A stretch of 57,861 bases of DNA from an uncultured Pseudomonadota bacterium (GCA_964453985.1 CAYVQB010000001.1:1-57861); one strand, 5' to 3'; positions 36,187 to 46,189 are shown, counted from the first letter of the stretch. Made by a program: numbers and translations. Notes: generated from the letters alone by a model not told the origin.

Positions 36187-38976
36187 ATGACTAAGCTTTT
36201 TAAAATAACTTTTATTTTAATGTTTTTTATTTTCATAACAAAAAACAACTATCACATGGGGATGCCCGCTGCATCACCAAATCCTACTGGAGGCATGTCA
36301 GGAGCCATTCCTGCAACACCCCCAATTCCAACGCCTGCACCCGCTAGTTCGCCTACACCCAGCCTCCCCGGCGGGCAAGCCAGCGTAACCCCATCAGTTG
36401 CAAAAACCTATGTCCAGATACCAAAAACTGAGCCCTTAGTGATGGGTCTGCCCAAAGAAGAAAATAAAAATAAAGAAGAAAAGATAAAAAAAGAATCCAA
36501 ACCTGCACAACCCTCACAAGCAAAGCCTGCAGGCAAACAAAAAGACAAAGAAAAAAAAGAAATTTTCTTAAATTTTGAAAATGCAGAACTTTCAAGCCTG
36601 GTAAATTACATTGCAGAGATCAAGAAAATAAACCTGATTCCTGATAAAAATTTGGCTGGTAAAAAAATATCTTTATCTATTAGAAATCCTCTTACTGTAG
36701 ATGGTGCCTGGAATATATTTTTAACAGTGCTTGATATGGGAGGCTTTACAATAGTAGAAAGAGGTGATGTTTACACCGTTGTGCCCAATAACGCCAAAGG
36801 ACAGCCGTTTAGATCTTTCATAAACACTCCATTCTTAACCTTGCCTGATAGCGATGAAGATATACGCTATGTAGTTTTTTTACAAAATATACATGTAGAA
36901 CAAATTCAAGGTTTATTACAAGGCATGTTAAGCAAGACAAGTTCTGTTGTACCCTACAAAGAAGTTAATGGTATGGTTGTAACAGACAAATCATACAATA
37001 TTAAGTCTGCGATGAAAGTTATACAAGAGCTAGATCAAACAGGATTACAAGAAACTGTTGTTGTAATGAGACTTAAACAAACTAATGCTACCGATATACA
37101 AAAACTGCTTACAAGCCTTATTCAACCAGGTCAAAACCAACAAAATCCTCTTGCTAGATTACTAGGAAGACAAGCAGAAAGTAGTCTTACATACTTTTCT
37201 CCAAGTACTAAAATTATCGCTGAAGAAAGAACAAATTCTCTAATTTTAATGGGCAACCAAAAATCAATTGAAAAAATAGAAAAATTCATTACAGACAACC
37301 TGGATACTGAACTTAAAGGCACAGAATCTCCTTTACATATTTATGAGCTACAACACACAGATGCTGAGCAAATGCGTAGAATTTTAGAAGTAGTGGTTCC
37401 TTATGATATGGCTAAGGCAAAACAAGGTGGCATCAGAGGTGGTGCAAAATACTTTAAGCCCATGAAATTTGAAATTGATAAAGACGGTAACAGATTGATT
37501 GCTTCTTCTACAGAAAAACAAGACTGGAAAATGCTAAAGAAAACAATACGTGACCTTGATAAACCTCAACCTCAAGTTGCCATAGAAACTCTAATACTTA
37601 CAGTTGACTTTAATGACCTAAAAGAATTAGGTGGTGCTCTCAGAAATAAACACGAAAATCAAATTGGGCAAGGAGTGAATTTCCAATCTCCAACCTATGC
37701 AAAAACAATTCTTAAAGGAACAGACAATAGCATTTCTCTTGCTAATATGGCACTGGGACTAACAGGAGGAGTTGGTGCAACTATTCTTACTATAGGAAAT
37801 GCCGCAAGCAAAACAGGGATCTGGGGTATTTTTAGGGCTTTAAAGCAACAAACAAATACAACTTTACTTTCTCAACCATTTTTTACTGTAGCAAATAATA
37901 CTCAAGCAGAAATTAAAATTGGAGAAACACTTAATGTAGTCAACGAAACTACAGAAAGTAAATTTAAAGGTTATACAGAAAGAACAGCTGATACAACCTT
38001 AAAAGTCACACCACAAATAAACTTAGATGGAATTATAAGATTAAAGATAGATCTTGATTTTGATTTCTTTACCGATCCAGAATTAGGAAATAAAGATACA
38101 AAAAAATTAGTAACAGACGTCTCTGTTGCAAACGGTCAAGTACTTGTTCTTGGTGGTTTTATAAAAAGCAAAACAACCGAGTTAAATAACAAAACACCAT
38201 TACTTGCAGATATTCCAATTTTAGGTTGGATGTTTAAGAATAAGAAAAAAGTAATCACAAAAAATTATTTATTGGTATTCATGTCTCCAACAATAGTAAA
38301 ACCGCGTTCGACGCCAGGAACAAACCTATACACCAATCTAAAAATAGAAGATGCAACCAATACAATTAGAGATTCAGTGCAAACAAGAAAAACAAACGAT
38401 CCAATACATAACTGGTTTTTTAATCCTGAAAAGGAAGATTACTCTTACAAAGTTACTAACTTTGCATCAGCTAAGTATCAGCCAACAAGTGTTGATATAA
38501 AAAATGATCCTTATTACAGAGCAACACCTGACGCTAAACTTAAATATATGGAAAAAATAAAGAAACAAGAACAAGAAGCTGAAGATAAATTCCTAGGCAA
38601 AACAGAACCCGACAATAATATGTTGGATAAAAAAAGAGAACAACTTAAGCAAATGCTTACAAAAAATCCAGTAATTAAAACAGAAGAACCAAAAATAGAA
38701 GCTAAACTTATTAAGCCTAAAAAACGCCAAGAATTTAAAGAAATACTTAACATCCCAAAGGTTAATAAAAAAAGAAATGCTCTGAAAAACAGGCTTACTG
38801 TAGCCCAAAATATCCCTCAAGAAGTACCAGTAAATATTGAACCTATAAAACCGTTAAGACCTACAATAGACAAAAATGAAATATTAGCTAAAGCTAATAA
38901 CATGAATTTAAATAAATTAAATAGCAGAAAAACTGTCCAAGCAGCCAGAACATTAAAAGCGAGGAGTCTGGCGTGA
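36187..38976 (+). CDS. gspD: Secretin (GspD/PilQ family) with a Pro/Ala/Thr-rich N-terminal linker and a long C-terminal extension
   Basis: N0 domain IFLNFENAELSSLVNYIAEIKKINLI. Secretin core VLVLGGFIKSKTTELNNKTPLLADIPILGWMFKNK...LLVFMSPTIV. 929 aa. Confidence 0.85.
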   Translation: MTKLFKITFILMFFIFITKNNYHMGMPAASPNPTGGMSGAIPATPPIPTPAPASSPTPSLPGGQASVTPSVAKTYVQIPKTEPLVMGLPKEENKNKEEKIKKESKPAQPSQAKPAGKQKDKEKKEIFLNFENAELSSLVNYIAEIKKINLIPDKNLAGKKISLSIRNPLTVDGAWNIFLTVLDMGGFTIVERGDVYTVVPNNAKGQPFRSFINTPFLTLPDSDEDIRYVVFLQNIHVEQIQGLLQGMLSKTSSVVPYKEVNGMVVTDKSYNIKSAMKVIQELDQTGLQETVVVMRLKQTNATDIQKLLTSLIQPGQNQQNPLARLLGRQAESSLTYFSPSTKIIAEERTNSLILMGNQKSIEKIEKFITDNLDTELKGTESPLHIYELQHTDAEQMRRILEVVVPYDMAKAKQGGIRGGAKYFKPMKFEIDKDGNRLIASSTEKQDWKMLKKTIRDLDKPQPQVAIETLILTVDFNDLKELGGALRNKHENQIGQGVNFQSPTYAKTILKGTDNSISLANMALGLTGGVGATILTIGNAASKTGIWGIFRALKQQTNTTLLSQPFFTVANNTQAEIKIGETLNVVNETTESKFKGYTERTADTTLKVTPQINLDGIIRLKIDLDFDFFTDPELGNKDTKKLVTDVSVANGQVLVLGGFIKSKTTELNNKTPLLADIPILGWMFKNKKKVITKNYLLVFMSPTIVKPRSTPGTNLYTNLKIEDATNTIRDSVQTRKTNDPIHNWFFNPEKEDYSYKVTNFASAKYQPTSVDIKNDPYYRATPDAKLKYMEKIKKQEQEAEDKFLGKTEPDNNMLDKKREQLKQMLTKNPVIKTEEPKIEAKLIKPKKRQEFKEILNIPKVNKKRNALKNRLTVAQNIPQEVPVNIEPIKPLRPTIDKNEILAKANNMNLNKLNSRKTVQAARTLKARSLA

Positions 38977-40646
38977 TAAAAGAAATATTCTTACCTGAAA
39001 AAATTGGTAATAAAAGATTATACTCTGAAAAAATACTAGGTTTTACTATTCAAGAAAATATTATTACCTGTGCAAAAATATTTGCTAAGCCTTCAAAAAC
39101 AATAATAGAACAAATAATATCAAAAGAAATTCCTGAGGAACAAAGTTCAGAAGATTTTACACATTTTGCATCCAAAGCAATAAAAGAAATTATAAAAGAA
39201 CTAGGCAAATATGACAAAATCAGAATTTCTATACCATCTTCTTTGGTAATCTTTAAAGAACTAGAAGTGCCTTTTAAGGACCCAGACAAGATAAGAATGA
39301 TCCTTGATTATGAAATAGAATCTATGCTTCCATTTTCTATGGAAGAATCAATAATAGATTTTATAATCACAAAACAAGAACTAAAAGAAACCAAATCTAT
39401 AATACTCGCCGCAGCAGTAAGAAAAGAAGATTTGAGCTCTATACTAGATATTTATACAAATGCAGGTATAAAACCAAATAATATCACCATAGATCTATTT
39501 GCAATCTATAGCCTTTACCAACAAATTCCTGAATACCAAGAAATTAAAAATGCTAGCGCATTAGTTGATCTAGGGCTAGGCTCAACACGTGTATCGGTTC
39601 TATTAGATGGACAACTAAGACTCACTAGAGTTCTGCCTAGAGGCTTATTAACAATCGCTAAAATAATAAGTGATGAACTCAATAGACCGTTAAAAGAAAT
39701 TGAAACAAAATTATTAAACTATGGTCTTGCAATTACACATGACGAGCAATATGATAAATCATTAAAAAAACATGTAATTAATTTTTTTAATGATATTCAA
39801 TTCACATTAAATTCTTTTAGCCTAAAATTAAATTTTTACCAAGGAATAAGCAAAATACTATTTACAGGAAGATGCTCACAGATTAAAGATCTGGCAAAAC
39901 TTGGTAATAATATTCTCCAGATTCCATGTGATATTTTTGATTTCGAAAAAATATTTGTAAACAAACTTTTTAAAAATAAATTAAAAACTATACCGTATGA
40001 TTCAAATTTATATTTAGCCGCTCTAGGCACGGCTTTGCCAAGCGATCAACAAGACCAGTTTGACTTAAGAAGAAAAATTTTTGCGATACAAGAAGATAAT
40101 ATTACAAGAAAACAAATTATCAGTGCACTAATAATAATATTTGCTATATTCACAACCATATCTATCACTGGGTATATACAAATTAATACACTAACCCAAA
40201 ACTTCAATAGGATAGAACAAAGGCAAACCGAAAAGTTACGTCTAATATTCCCTGTACCAGCTAAAATACCAAAAAATATTAGTCTCAGAAATTTAATGCA
40301 GAGAGCAAAAAACTTAATACAAGACAAAGTACAAATGTGGGAGCCATTCAAAAAAGAAAAATTACACCCACTAGAAATATTACAAGAACTCACAAATATT
40401 ATAGATAAAAGACGCTTTGATGTAACAATAGAAGAAGTAATAATTTCCCAAGAAGATGGAATTCCAAAAGCAGAAGTAGAGGGTTATTTCAGATCAAAAA
40501 CAGGAAGTAATCATTTCAAATATTTTGAAGAATTAGAAAAAAGATTTGTAGATTCACGTTTTTTCACTTTGGAAGAAGAAATAGATCCAAAAGGGGTAGA
40601 AGACAAGGGCGTTAAATTTATAGCAAAATTAAGAATTCAAGAATAA
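38973..40646 (+). CDS. GspL-like / PilM-PilN-fusion-like assembly platform protein (actin-like cytoplasmic domain, one TM, periplasmic domain)
   Basis: The GTG start overlaps the secretin stop and has a GAGGAG Shine-Dalgarno. PilM-type VDLGLGSTRVSVLLDGQLRLTRVLPRGL. TM IISALIIIFAIFTTISITGYI around aa 385. Confidence 0.5.
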   Translation: MIKEIFLPEKIGNKRLYSEKILGFTIQENIITCAKIFAKPSKTIIEQIISKEIPEEQSSEDFTHFASKAIKEIIKELGKYDKIRISIPSSLVIFKELEVPFKDPDKIRMILDYEIESMLPFSMEESIIDFIITKQELKETKSIILAAAVRKEDLSSILDIYTNAGIKPNNITIDLFAIYSLYQQIPEYQEIKNASALVDLGLGSTRVSVLLDGQLRLTRVLPRGLLTIAKIISDELNRPLKEIETKLLNYGLAITHDEQYDKSLKKHVINFFNDIQFTLNSFSLKLNFYQGISKILFTGRCSQIKDLAKLGNNILQIPCDIFDFEKIFVNKLFKNKLKTIPYDSNLYLAALGTALPSDQQDQFDLRRKIFAIQEDNITRKQIISALIIIFAIFTTISITGYIQINTLTQNFNRIEQRQTEKLRLIFPVPAKIPKNISLRNLMQRAKNLIQDKVQMWEPFKKEKLHPLEILQELTNIIDKRRFDVTIEEVIISQEDGIPKAEVEGYFRSKTGSNHFKYFEELEKRFVDSRFFTLEEEIDPKGVEDKGVKFIAKLRIQE

Positions 40647-40672
40647 TTAAAGGGCGAACGGCGTATAAAACT

Positions 40673-41224
40673 ATGAAAGCTTTAACAAACCTATCAAATT
40701 ACCTACAAAGTCTTAGTAAAAAAGAATTTAAAAAATATTTAATTATATTTATAAGCGCCATAACTTTGTTAACTATATTTGCGATATATTATGTATATAA
40801 TACAAGTTCAAACTTAACAAAAGAAATAAAAACCCTTGAAAAACTTGCAAATGAAACTATAGAAATAATAAACAAAAATGCAAAACTAAATTTAGAAGAA
40901 AACAAACTAAAAGAGTTATTAAACAAAAACATGGGTTTTAATATTAAAACTTATTTTGAACAATTTATAAAAGAACAAAACATTACCCCTGAAGCCAATT
41001 GGGGAGATAATACCTTTACTCAAGCAGTAGAAGGCAATGATAAATTTGACGAAGTAGTACTTACTGCTACATTCAAAAATCAGACAATGCAAGAATTAGT
41101 TAAAATTTTAGATGTTCTTAAAAAGAATGAAATGCTTTATATAAAACAACTTTTAATAAAAAACCAAGATAATAAAAAAATAGAATTTACTCTTACCCTA
41201 GCAGCAAAAAAATATAAGAAATAA
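40673..41224 (+). CDS. GspM/PilO-like bitopic protein (assignment by topology and position only)
   Basis: 183 aa with an N-terminal TM (YLIIFISAITLLTIFAIYYVY), a coiled coil and a small C-terminal domain. Lies between the platform gene and the second secretin. Confidence 0.35.
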   Translation: MKALTNLSNYLQSLSKKEFKKYLIIFISAITLLTIFAIYYVYNTSSNLTKEIKTLEKLANETIEIINKNAKLNLEENKLKELLNKNMGFNIKTYFEQFIKEQNITPEANWGDNTFTQAVEGNDKFDEVVLTATFKNQTMQELVKILDVLKKNEMLYIKQLLIKNQDNKKIEFTLTLAAKKYKK

Positions 41225-41242
41225 AACTTGGGGACAATTTAG

Positions 41243-43675
41243 ATGATTAAGAAAATATTATTAATATCAATGTTTTTTGCAAACATGATCTTTATTTGTA
41301 AAACAGAAAAAGACATAATAAAAAATGAAACTCCCTCCATACATCCAAAAGCAAACGTCGTAATTAATAATAATCCAAAAAAGCCTACAAGTGACAATAA
41401 AAATACAGATAAAACTAAAACTGATAATAAAAAACAAAAAGACACAAAAGTATTTCTAAACTTTGATAATATATCACTTTCAAACGTTGTTACATATATT
41501 GCAGAAAGAAAAAAGATAGATATTATATATCCCAAACCAGAATTAAAAGCTCAATTTGATAATCAAAAAGTCTCTTTAACTACCCACAAAGCCCTCTCTT
41601 TAGATAGTGCATGGGATATTCTTTTAACCCTTCTAGAACTAAATAACTTTACAATAATCAATGTTGATGGAATTTATAGAGTTGCATCAAAAGCAGATAA
41701 TTCTAAAGAACCGTTGCCATTCTATTCTTCTGGAACAGGAACAGAACCTGAAGATCTTCCAGAATCCGACATTATTGTTCGTTATGTATATTTCCTTAAA
41801 AATATACAGGCACAAGGGGTAAAGCCTATTATAGACACTATGTTAGACCAGCCTGCTCAAATAAATGCCGACCTACAAGCCTTTATAATTACAGATAAAT
41901 GTATAAATATTAAAGCTGCTATGGCAGTAATAAAAGAGCTGGATCAGGGAGGGCTAAGAGAGTCTATTAAGGTGATTAAGTTAAATCATACAAACGTAAA
42001 CGATATAAAAATTTTATTCGATAAAATCATACCAAAACAAAATCAAAATAGTGCCGTAAGGTTCATAGGACCTTCCCCAGAAAAACCCTCTAGTTATTTT
42101 TCTTCATCCACAAGAATTATTCCTGATACTAGAAACAACTCTTTGATATTATTAGGAACAGAAAAAGGAATAACCAATATTATTAATTTCATTCAAAAAA
42201 ACATAGATATTCCACTTACTTCTGCTCAATCAAGACTACATATAAAAGAACTAAAATATGCAAAAGCACAAGACCTTATAAGAATACTAAAAGAGATAGT
42301 CAAAAGACCTGCAGGAGAACAAAAAACAGAACAGATGGGGCAATATAAATTTTTTGAAGATGTTCATATGGTTGCAGACTCTCAACAAACTGATGGTGGT
42401 GGTGGAGCCGGCAATAGGTTGGTTATATCTTGCAACAAGGAAGACTGGATAAGGCTTTCCAAATTTATAGATAAACTTGATAAACCTCAACCTCAAGTAG
42501 CCTTTGAAGTAATGATAGTTAAAGCATTTATAGAAAGAGACAAAGTTCTGGATGCTACTTTTAAACCAAAAAATCAAGGCCTGTTTGGCAAAGGAACAAA
42601 TGTACGTTTTATGAACCAAGGAAAAGCAGCCGATATATCCACAACAGGCGAACTAACTCCAATAACTATTAACCAGGAAGATGGAGCAACTCTAACTCTT
42701 GGAAAATATGATTCTCTAGGAGCAAATCTTTGGGCAGTAGTCCAAGCAACTTTAAAAACAGACAATTTCAATGTTATAGCCCAACCCTTTTTAGTAACCA
42801 ATAATAATAGCCCTTGTACATTTGATGCAAGTTCAATTCGTTGGGTGCCCGGAAAATTAAATACTAGTGTGGGCACACAACCTGTACAATCTAAAAACCA
42901 AGCTAAAGCACGAACAGTTGTTAAGCTAACACCTGAAATTAACTCCACAGGCCAAATAGCCTTAAAAATAGTCGTCGATTCTGATGATTACCAATCCGCA
43001 GCCCAAACAGATGCCAATAGAGATACAAGAAAATTAGATACCAAAGTAGTTATTGGAACAGGAGAGGTTCTTACCTTAGGAGGCTTAACAAAAGACGAAG
43101 TACAAGATAAAGATTATAAAACTCCAATTTTAGGAGACATTCCAATTTTAGGAAATTTTTTTAAAGCTAAATCTAAAGTGACAAAAAAAACCACCTTATA
43201 TATATTCATTAGACCAAGTATTATAAAACCTGAACTAGAAGGCGGCGTAGATGAATATACACAATTAAAACTGGATTACGCAAAACGCCAAATAATAAAT
43301 GCAGACACTTATTATACAGAAAAAGACCCTATTCAAAGATGGTTCTTTAAGCCTGAAGGTGAATCTATAAAACAAACAATATCTGATGCGCGCAAGGGAA
43401 TTTATAGACCTATTGATAACTTTGCATACGGGTCCAAACAACCAAGATCTGTAGATATACGATATGATGATTATTATAGAGCAGAAGAAGGCGTACAAGA
43501 AGAAGTTAAAAAAATTCTGCCTGCAGTAAAATTTACAGAGATAGATAAAAAACCTCCTGCAAGCGAGAAAATAGAAGTTGTCACTCTTAACAAACCAAAA
43601 GCAACCCAGACCAAAAATATCGTAATAAATAGAAACAAACGCATAGGACTTAAGAGCAGACTCAGCGAACGATAA
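41243..43675 (+). CDS. Second secretin (GspD/PilQ family) paralog
   Basis: N0 domain VFLNFDNISLSNVVTYIAERKKIDII. Secretin core VLTLGGLTKDEVQDKDYKTPILGDIPILGNFFKAK...LYIFIRPSII. The C-terminal extension is homologous to that of the first secretin. Confidence 0.85.
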   Translation: MIKKILLISMFFANMIFICKTEKDIIKNETPSIHPKANVVINNNPKKPTSDNKNTDKTKTDNKKQKDTKVFLNFDNISLSNVVTYIAERKKIDIIYPKPELKAQFDNQKVSLTTHKALSLDSAWDILLTLLELNNFTIINVDGIYRVASKADNSKEPLPFYSSGTGTEPEDLPESDIIVRYVYFLKNIQAQGVKPIIDTMLDQPAQINADLQAFIITDKCINIKAAMAVIKELDQGGLRESIKVIKLNHTNVNDIKILFDKIIPKQNQNSAVRFIGPSPEKPSSYFSSSTRIIPDTRNNSLILLGTEKGITNIINFIQKNIDIPLTSAQSRLHIKELKYAKAQDLIRILKEIVKRPAGEQKTEQMGQYKFFEDVHMVADSQQTDGGGGAGNRLVISCNKEDWIRLSKFIDKLDKPQPQVAFEVMIVKAFIERDKVLDATFKPKNQGLFGKGTNVRFMNQGKAADISTTGELTPITINQEDGATLTLGKYDSLGANLWAVVQATLKTDNFNVIAQPFLVTNNNSPCTFDASSIRWVPGKLNTSVGTQPVQSKNQAKARTVVKLTPEINSTGQIALKIVVDSDDYQSAAQTDANRDTRKLDTKVVIGTGEVLTLGGLTKDEVQDKDYKTPILGDIPILGNFFKAKSKVTKKTTLYIFIRPSIIKPELEGGVDEYTQLKLDYAKRQIINADTYYTEKDPIQRWFFKPEGESIKQTISDARKGIYRPIDNFAYGSKQPRSVDIRYDDYYRAEEGVQEEVKKILPAVKFTEIDKKPPASEKIEVVTLNKPKATQTKNIVINRNKRIGLKSRLSER

Positions 43676-43677
43676 TT

Positions 43678-43980
43678 TTAATAAACATTGTGTACTGTTG
43701 TAATATCTGCACAGTAAGCAAACATGGCATAATTATCAAAATAATCAGTTTTTAACTTATTAAATATTTTCTTTAAAACATCTTCACTACAAGCTATTTC
43801 TATTCTTACGTTTCGTGAGGCTTCTAAATCAGATGTTCTTATCCCTCTAGCACCTTCCCCTCTAACGTCTGAGACGGTATAACCTAGGATACCAAGCTCT
43901 CTTAAATCATTTATAAGCGAATCTTCTATTGCTGTCTCTGTGATAACAACAACTAATTTTTCATTTTTATATAATTCCAT
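43678..43980 (-). CDS. sbtB: PII-like regulatory protein SbtB
   Basis: 100 aa. KLVVVITE...GYTV...G.G.RG...NVRIEI...DYFDNYAMFAY parallels cyanobacterial SbtB (KLVIVTE...GYTV...KYFNDYAGIIY). Lies directly downstream of the sbtA-like gene. Confidence 0.65.
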   Translation of the reverse strand: MELYKNEKLVVVITETAIEDSLINDLRELGILGYTVSDVRGEGARGIRTSDLEASRNVRIEIACSEDVLKKIFNKLKTDYFDNYAMFAYCADITTVHNVY

Positions 43981-43982
43981 TA

Positions 43983-44918
43983 TTACATCCCAATCTTATA
44001 AATAAATTGCGTTAAATGATAATATATCGTGATTCCAAAAATTAAATTAAAGGGGAGAGTAACTCCCAAAGAAGATGTTAAAGATAAAGTTGGGTTTGCC
44101 TCAGGAACCGTTATTCGCATAGCTGCAGGAACAGCTATATAAGAAGCACTAGCAAACATTGTAGCCAAAACAGTAGTACCACCAATAGAAAACCCTAAAA
44201 AATATCCCAAAACAGATCCGAATAAGGAAGACAACAAAGGCATCCCTAACCCAAAAAGAATTATTTTAATACCATACCTTTTTAAACTACCTAATTGTTG
44301 AGATGTTATTAATCCCATTTCTAACATGAAAAGAGCTAAAATTCCTTTAAAGGGATCTATAAAAAGAGCACTCAAAGGCTGAAGTCCTTTGGGACCAATT
44401 GCCCATCCAATTAAAAGACCACCGATAAGTAAAACTACGCTTTTACCTAAAAGAATCTCATTCGAAAGTTCTTTCCATTTTGTTTTCTTACTAATCCCTT
44501 TAGCTAAAACAACTCCGACAATAATCGCCGGAATTTCTAACAAAACAACAAACAAAGACATATAGTCTTCATAGCTAACCTGATTATAAGTAAGATAAGT
44601 TACTACAACGGCATAAGTGCCTACACTAACAGAACCATAATGGGCTGCAATAGACGCAGCATCAACGAGCTTAAAATTGAATATTTTTAGTATCTGATAA
44701 GCTAAAACAGTTAAAAGGCAACCCATAAAAATCACGCTTAACATTTTAGGAATTAGGCTCAATATAGGTTGAACAGAAAGTTCAGCTCCACCCTTTAAAC
44801 CAATAGACAAAAGCAAAATAATGCTTAATAATTCGTATATAGCGGTCGGAAGCCTTAACTTTGAATGTAACAGCCCGGCGCTTACTCCAAATATAAAAAA
44901 TAAAACTATTGGATCCAT
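43983..44918 (-). CDS. sbtA: SbtA-family sodium-dependent bicarbonate transporter-like permease
   Basis: Blocks LRLPTAIYELLSIILLLSIGLKGGAEL, DAASIAAHYGSVSVGTY, FIDPFKGILALFMLEMG and GFSIGGTTVLATMFASASYIAVPAAMRITVPEANP align with recalled Synechocystis SbtA blocks. Confidence 0.75.
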   Translation of the reverse strand: MDPIVLFFIFGVSAGLLHSKLRLPTAIYELLSIILLLSIGLKGGAELSVQPILSLIPKMLSVIFMGCLLTVLAYQILKIFNFKLVDAASIAAHYGSVSVGTYAVVVTYLTYNQVSYEDYMSLFVVLLEIPAIIVGVVLAKGISKKTKWKELSNEILLGKSVVLLIGGLLIGWAIGPKGLQPLSALFIDPFKGILALFMLEMGLITSQQLGSLKRYGIKIILFGLGMPLLSSLFGSVLGYFLGFSIGGTTVLATMFASASYIAVPAAMRITVPEANPTLSLTSSLGVTLPFNLIFGITIYYHLTQFIYKIGM

Positions 44919-44920
44919 TG

Positions 44921-46189
44921 TTATCCTTTAATCTTCAGTAAATCTTCTTCTATTTTTAACAACCTATTATACTTTGCAACACGCTCACCTCTTGCAGGAG
45001 CCCCTGATTTAAACTGGCCACTACCGGTTCCTACAACTAGATCTGATATAAAAGCATCATCGGTTTCTCCTGAGCGATGAGAAACAACAGTGTTGTATTT
45101 AGAGTTTTTACAAAACTGCATTGACCATAAGGCCTCAGAAACCGTTCCTATTTGATTTGGTTTTATAAGTGTAGCATTGGCAACACCAAGTTCAACACCT
45201 TTTTTTATTCGCTCAAGATTTGTTACAAATATATCATCACCAACTAATTGTACTTTATTTCCTAGAGATTCTGTTAAAGACTGCCAACCAATCCAATCCT
45301 GCTCATCTATTCCATCTTCAATAGAGTAAATAGGATAAGAAGAAACAAGATCTTCGTATAAGCTAATCAATTGATCACTCTTTAGTTTTTTATCCTCTAA
45401 GATATAAACTTTTTCTTCTTGATTATAAAATTGAGAAGCTGCCACATCCAAACAAAAAACAATATCTTGTCCTAACTCAAAGCCAGAGCTTTCAACAGCC
45501 TTACATAAAAGATCTAAAGCTTTTCGCTCTGTTCCTATCTTAGTTTTTGCAAAGACTGGAGCAAAGCCACCTTCATCACCAACGCCAACATTATAACCAG
45601 ACTCAAGCAAAATTCTTTTAAGGTTGTGATAAACAATACAAGCCATCTCCAAATTTTGCGCAAAGCTTTTACCGCTAATAGGCATAATCATAAATTCCTG
45701 GAAAGCAATTCCATTATCAGCATGAGCCCCACCATTCAAAACATTAAACATAGCCTTAGGCAACAAGAGATCTTCACCTTTATAAATAGTTGAAATCAAG
45801 CTATAAAGCTCAACCTCTTCTATCAAGGCCTGAGCACGAGCCACGACCATGCTAACAGCTAAAGTGGCATTAGCCCCTAAATTTGACTTGTTATTTGTGC
45901 CATCTAGATCAATAATAATCTTATCAAGCTCAACCAAATCTGGTTTTTTATTTATAAGCGCTGGAGCTATTTTATTCTCAATATTAGAGATAGCTCTAAA
46001 AACAGACTTGCCAAAGTATATCTTGGGATCACCATCACGAAGCTCTACAGCCTCATATTTCCCAACAGAAGCTCCTGAAGGCACACTAGATTTAACAACC
46101 TGAGAGTTGTCTAAAAAAAGAGAGCACTCAATGGTTGGCATACCTCTTGAATCAAGTATTTGTCGGGCTTTTATATCTGCAATCTTCAT
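44921..46189 (-). CDS. eno: Enolase
   Basis: ILDSRG, SGASVG..EA.ELRD, IKPNQIGT and SHRSGETDD blocks; 422 aa. Confidence 0.95.
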   Translation of the reverse strand: MKIADIKARQILDSRGMPTIECSLFLDNSQVVKSSVPSGASVGKYEAVELRDGDPKIYFGKSVFRAISNIENKIAPALINKKPDLVELDKIIIDLDGTNNKSNLGANATLAVSMVVARAQALIEEVELYSLISTIYKGEDLLLPKAMFNVLNGGAHADNGIAFQEFMIMPISGKSFAQNLEMACIVYHNLKRILLESGYNVGVGDEGGFAPVFAKTKIGTERKALDLLCKAVESSGFELGQDIVFCLDVAASQFYNQEEKVYILEDKKLKSDQLISLYEDLVSSYPIYSIEDGIDEQDWIGWQSLTESLGNKVQLVGDDIFVTNLERIKKGVELGVANATLIKPNQIGTVSEALWSMQFCKNSKYNTVVSHRSGETDDAFISDLVVGTGSGQFKSGAPARGERVAKYNRLLKIEEDLLKIKG

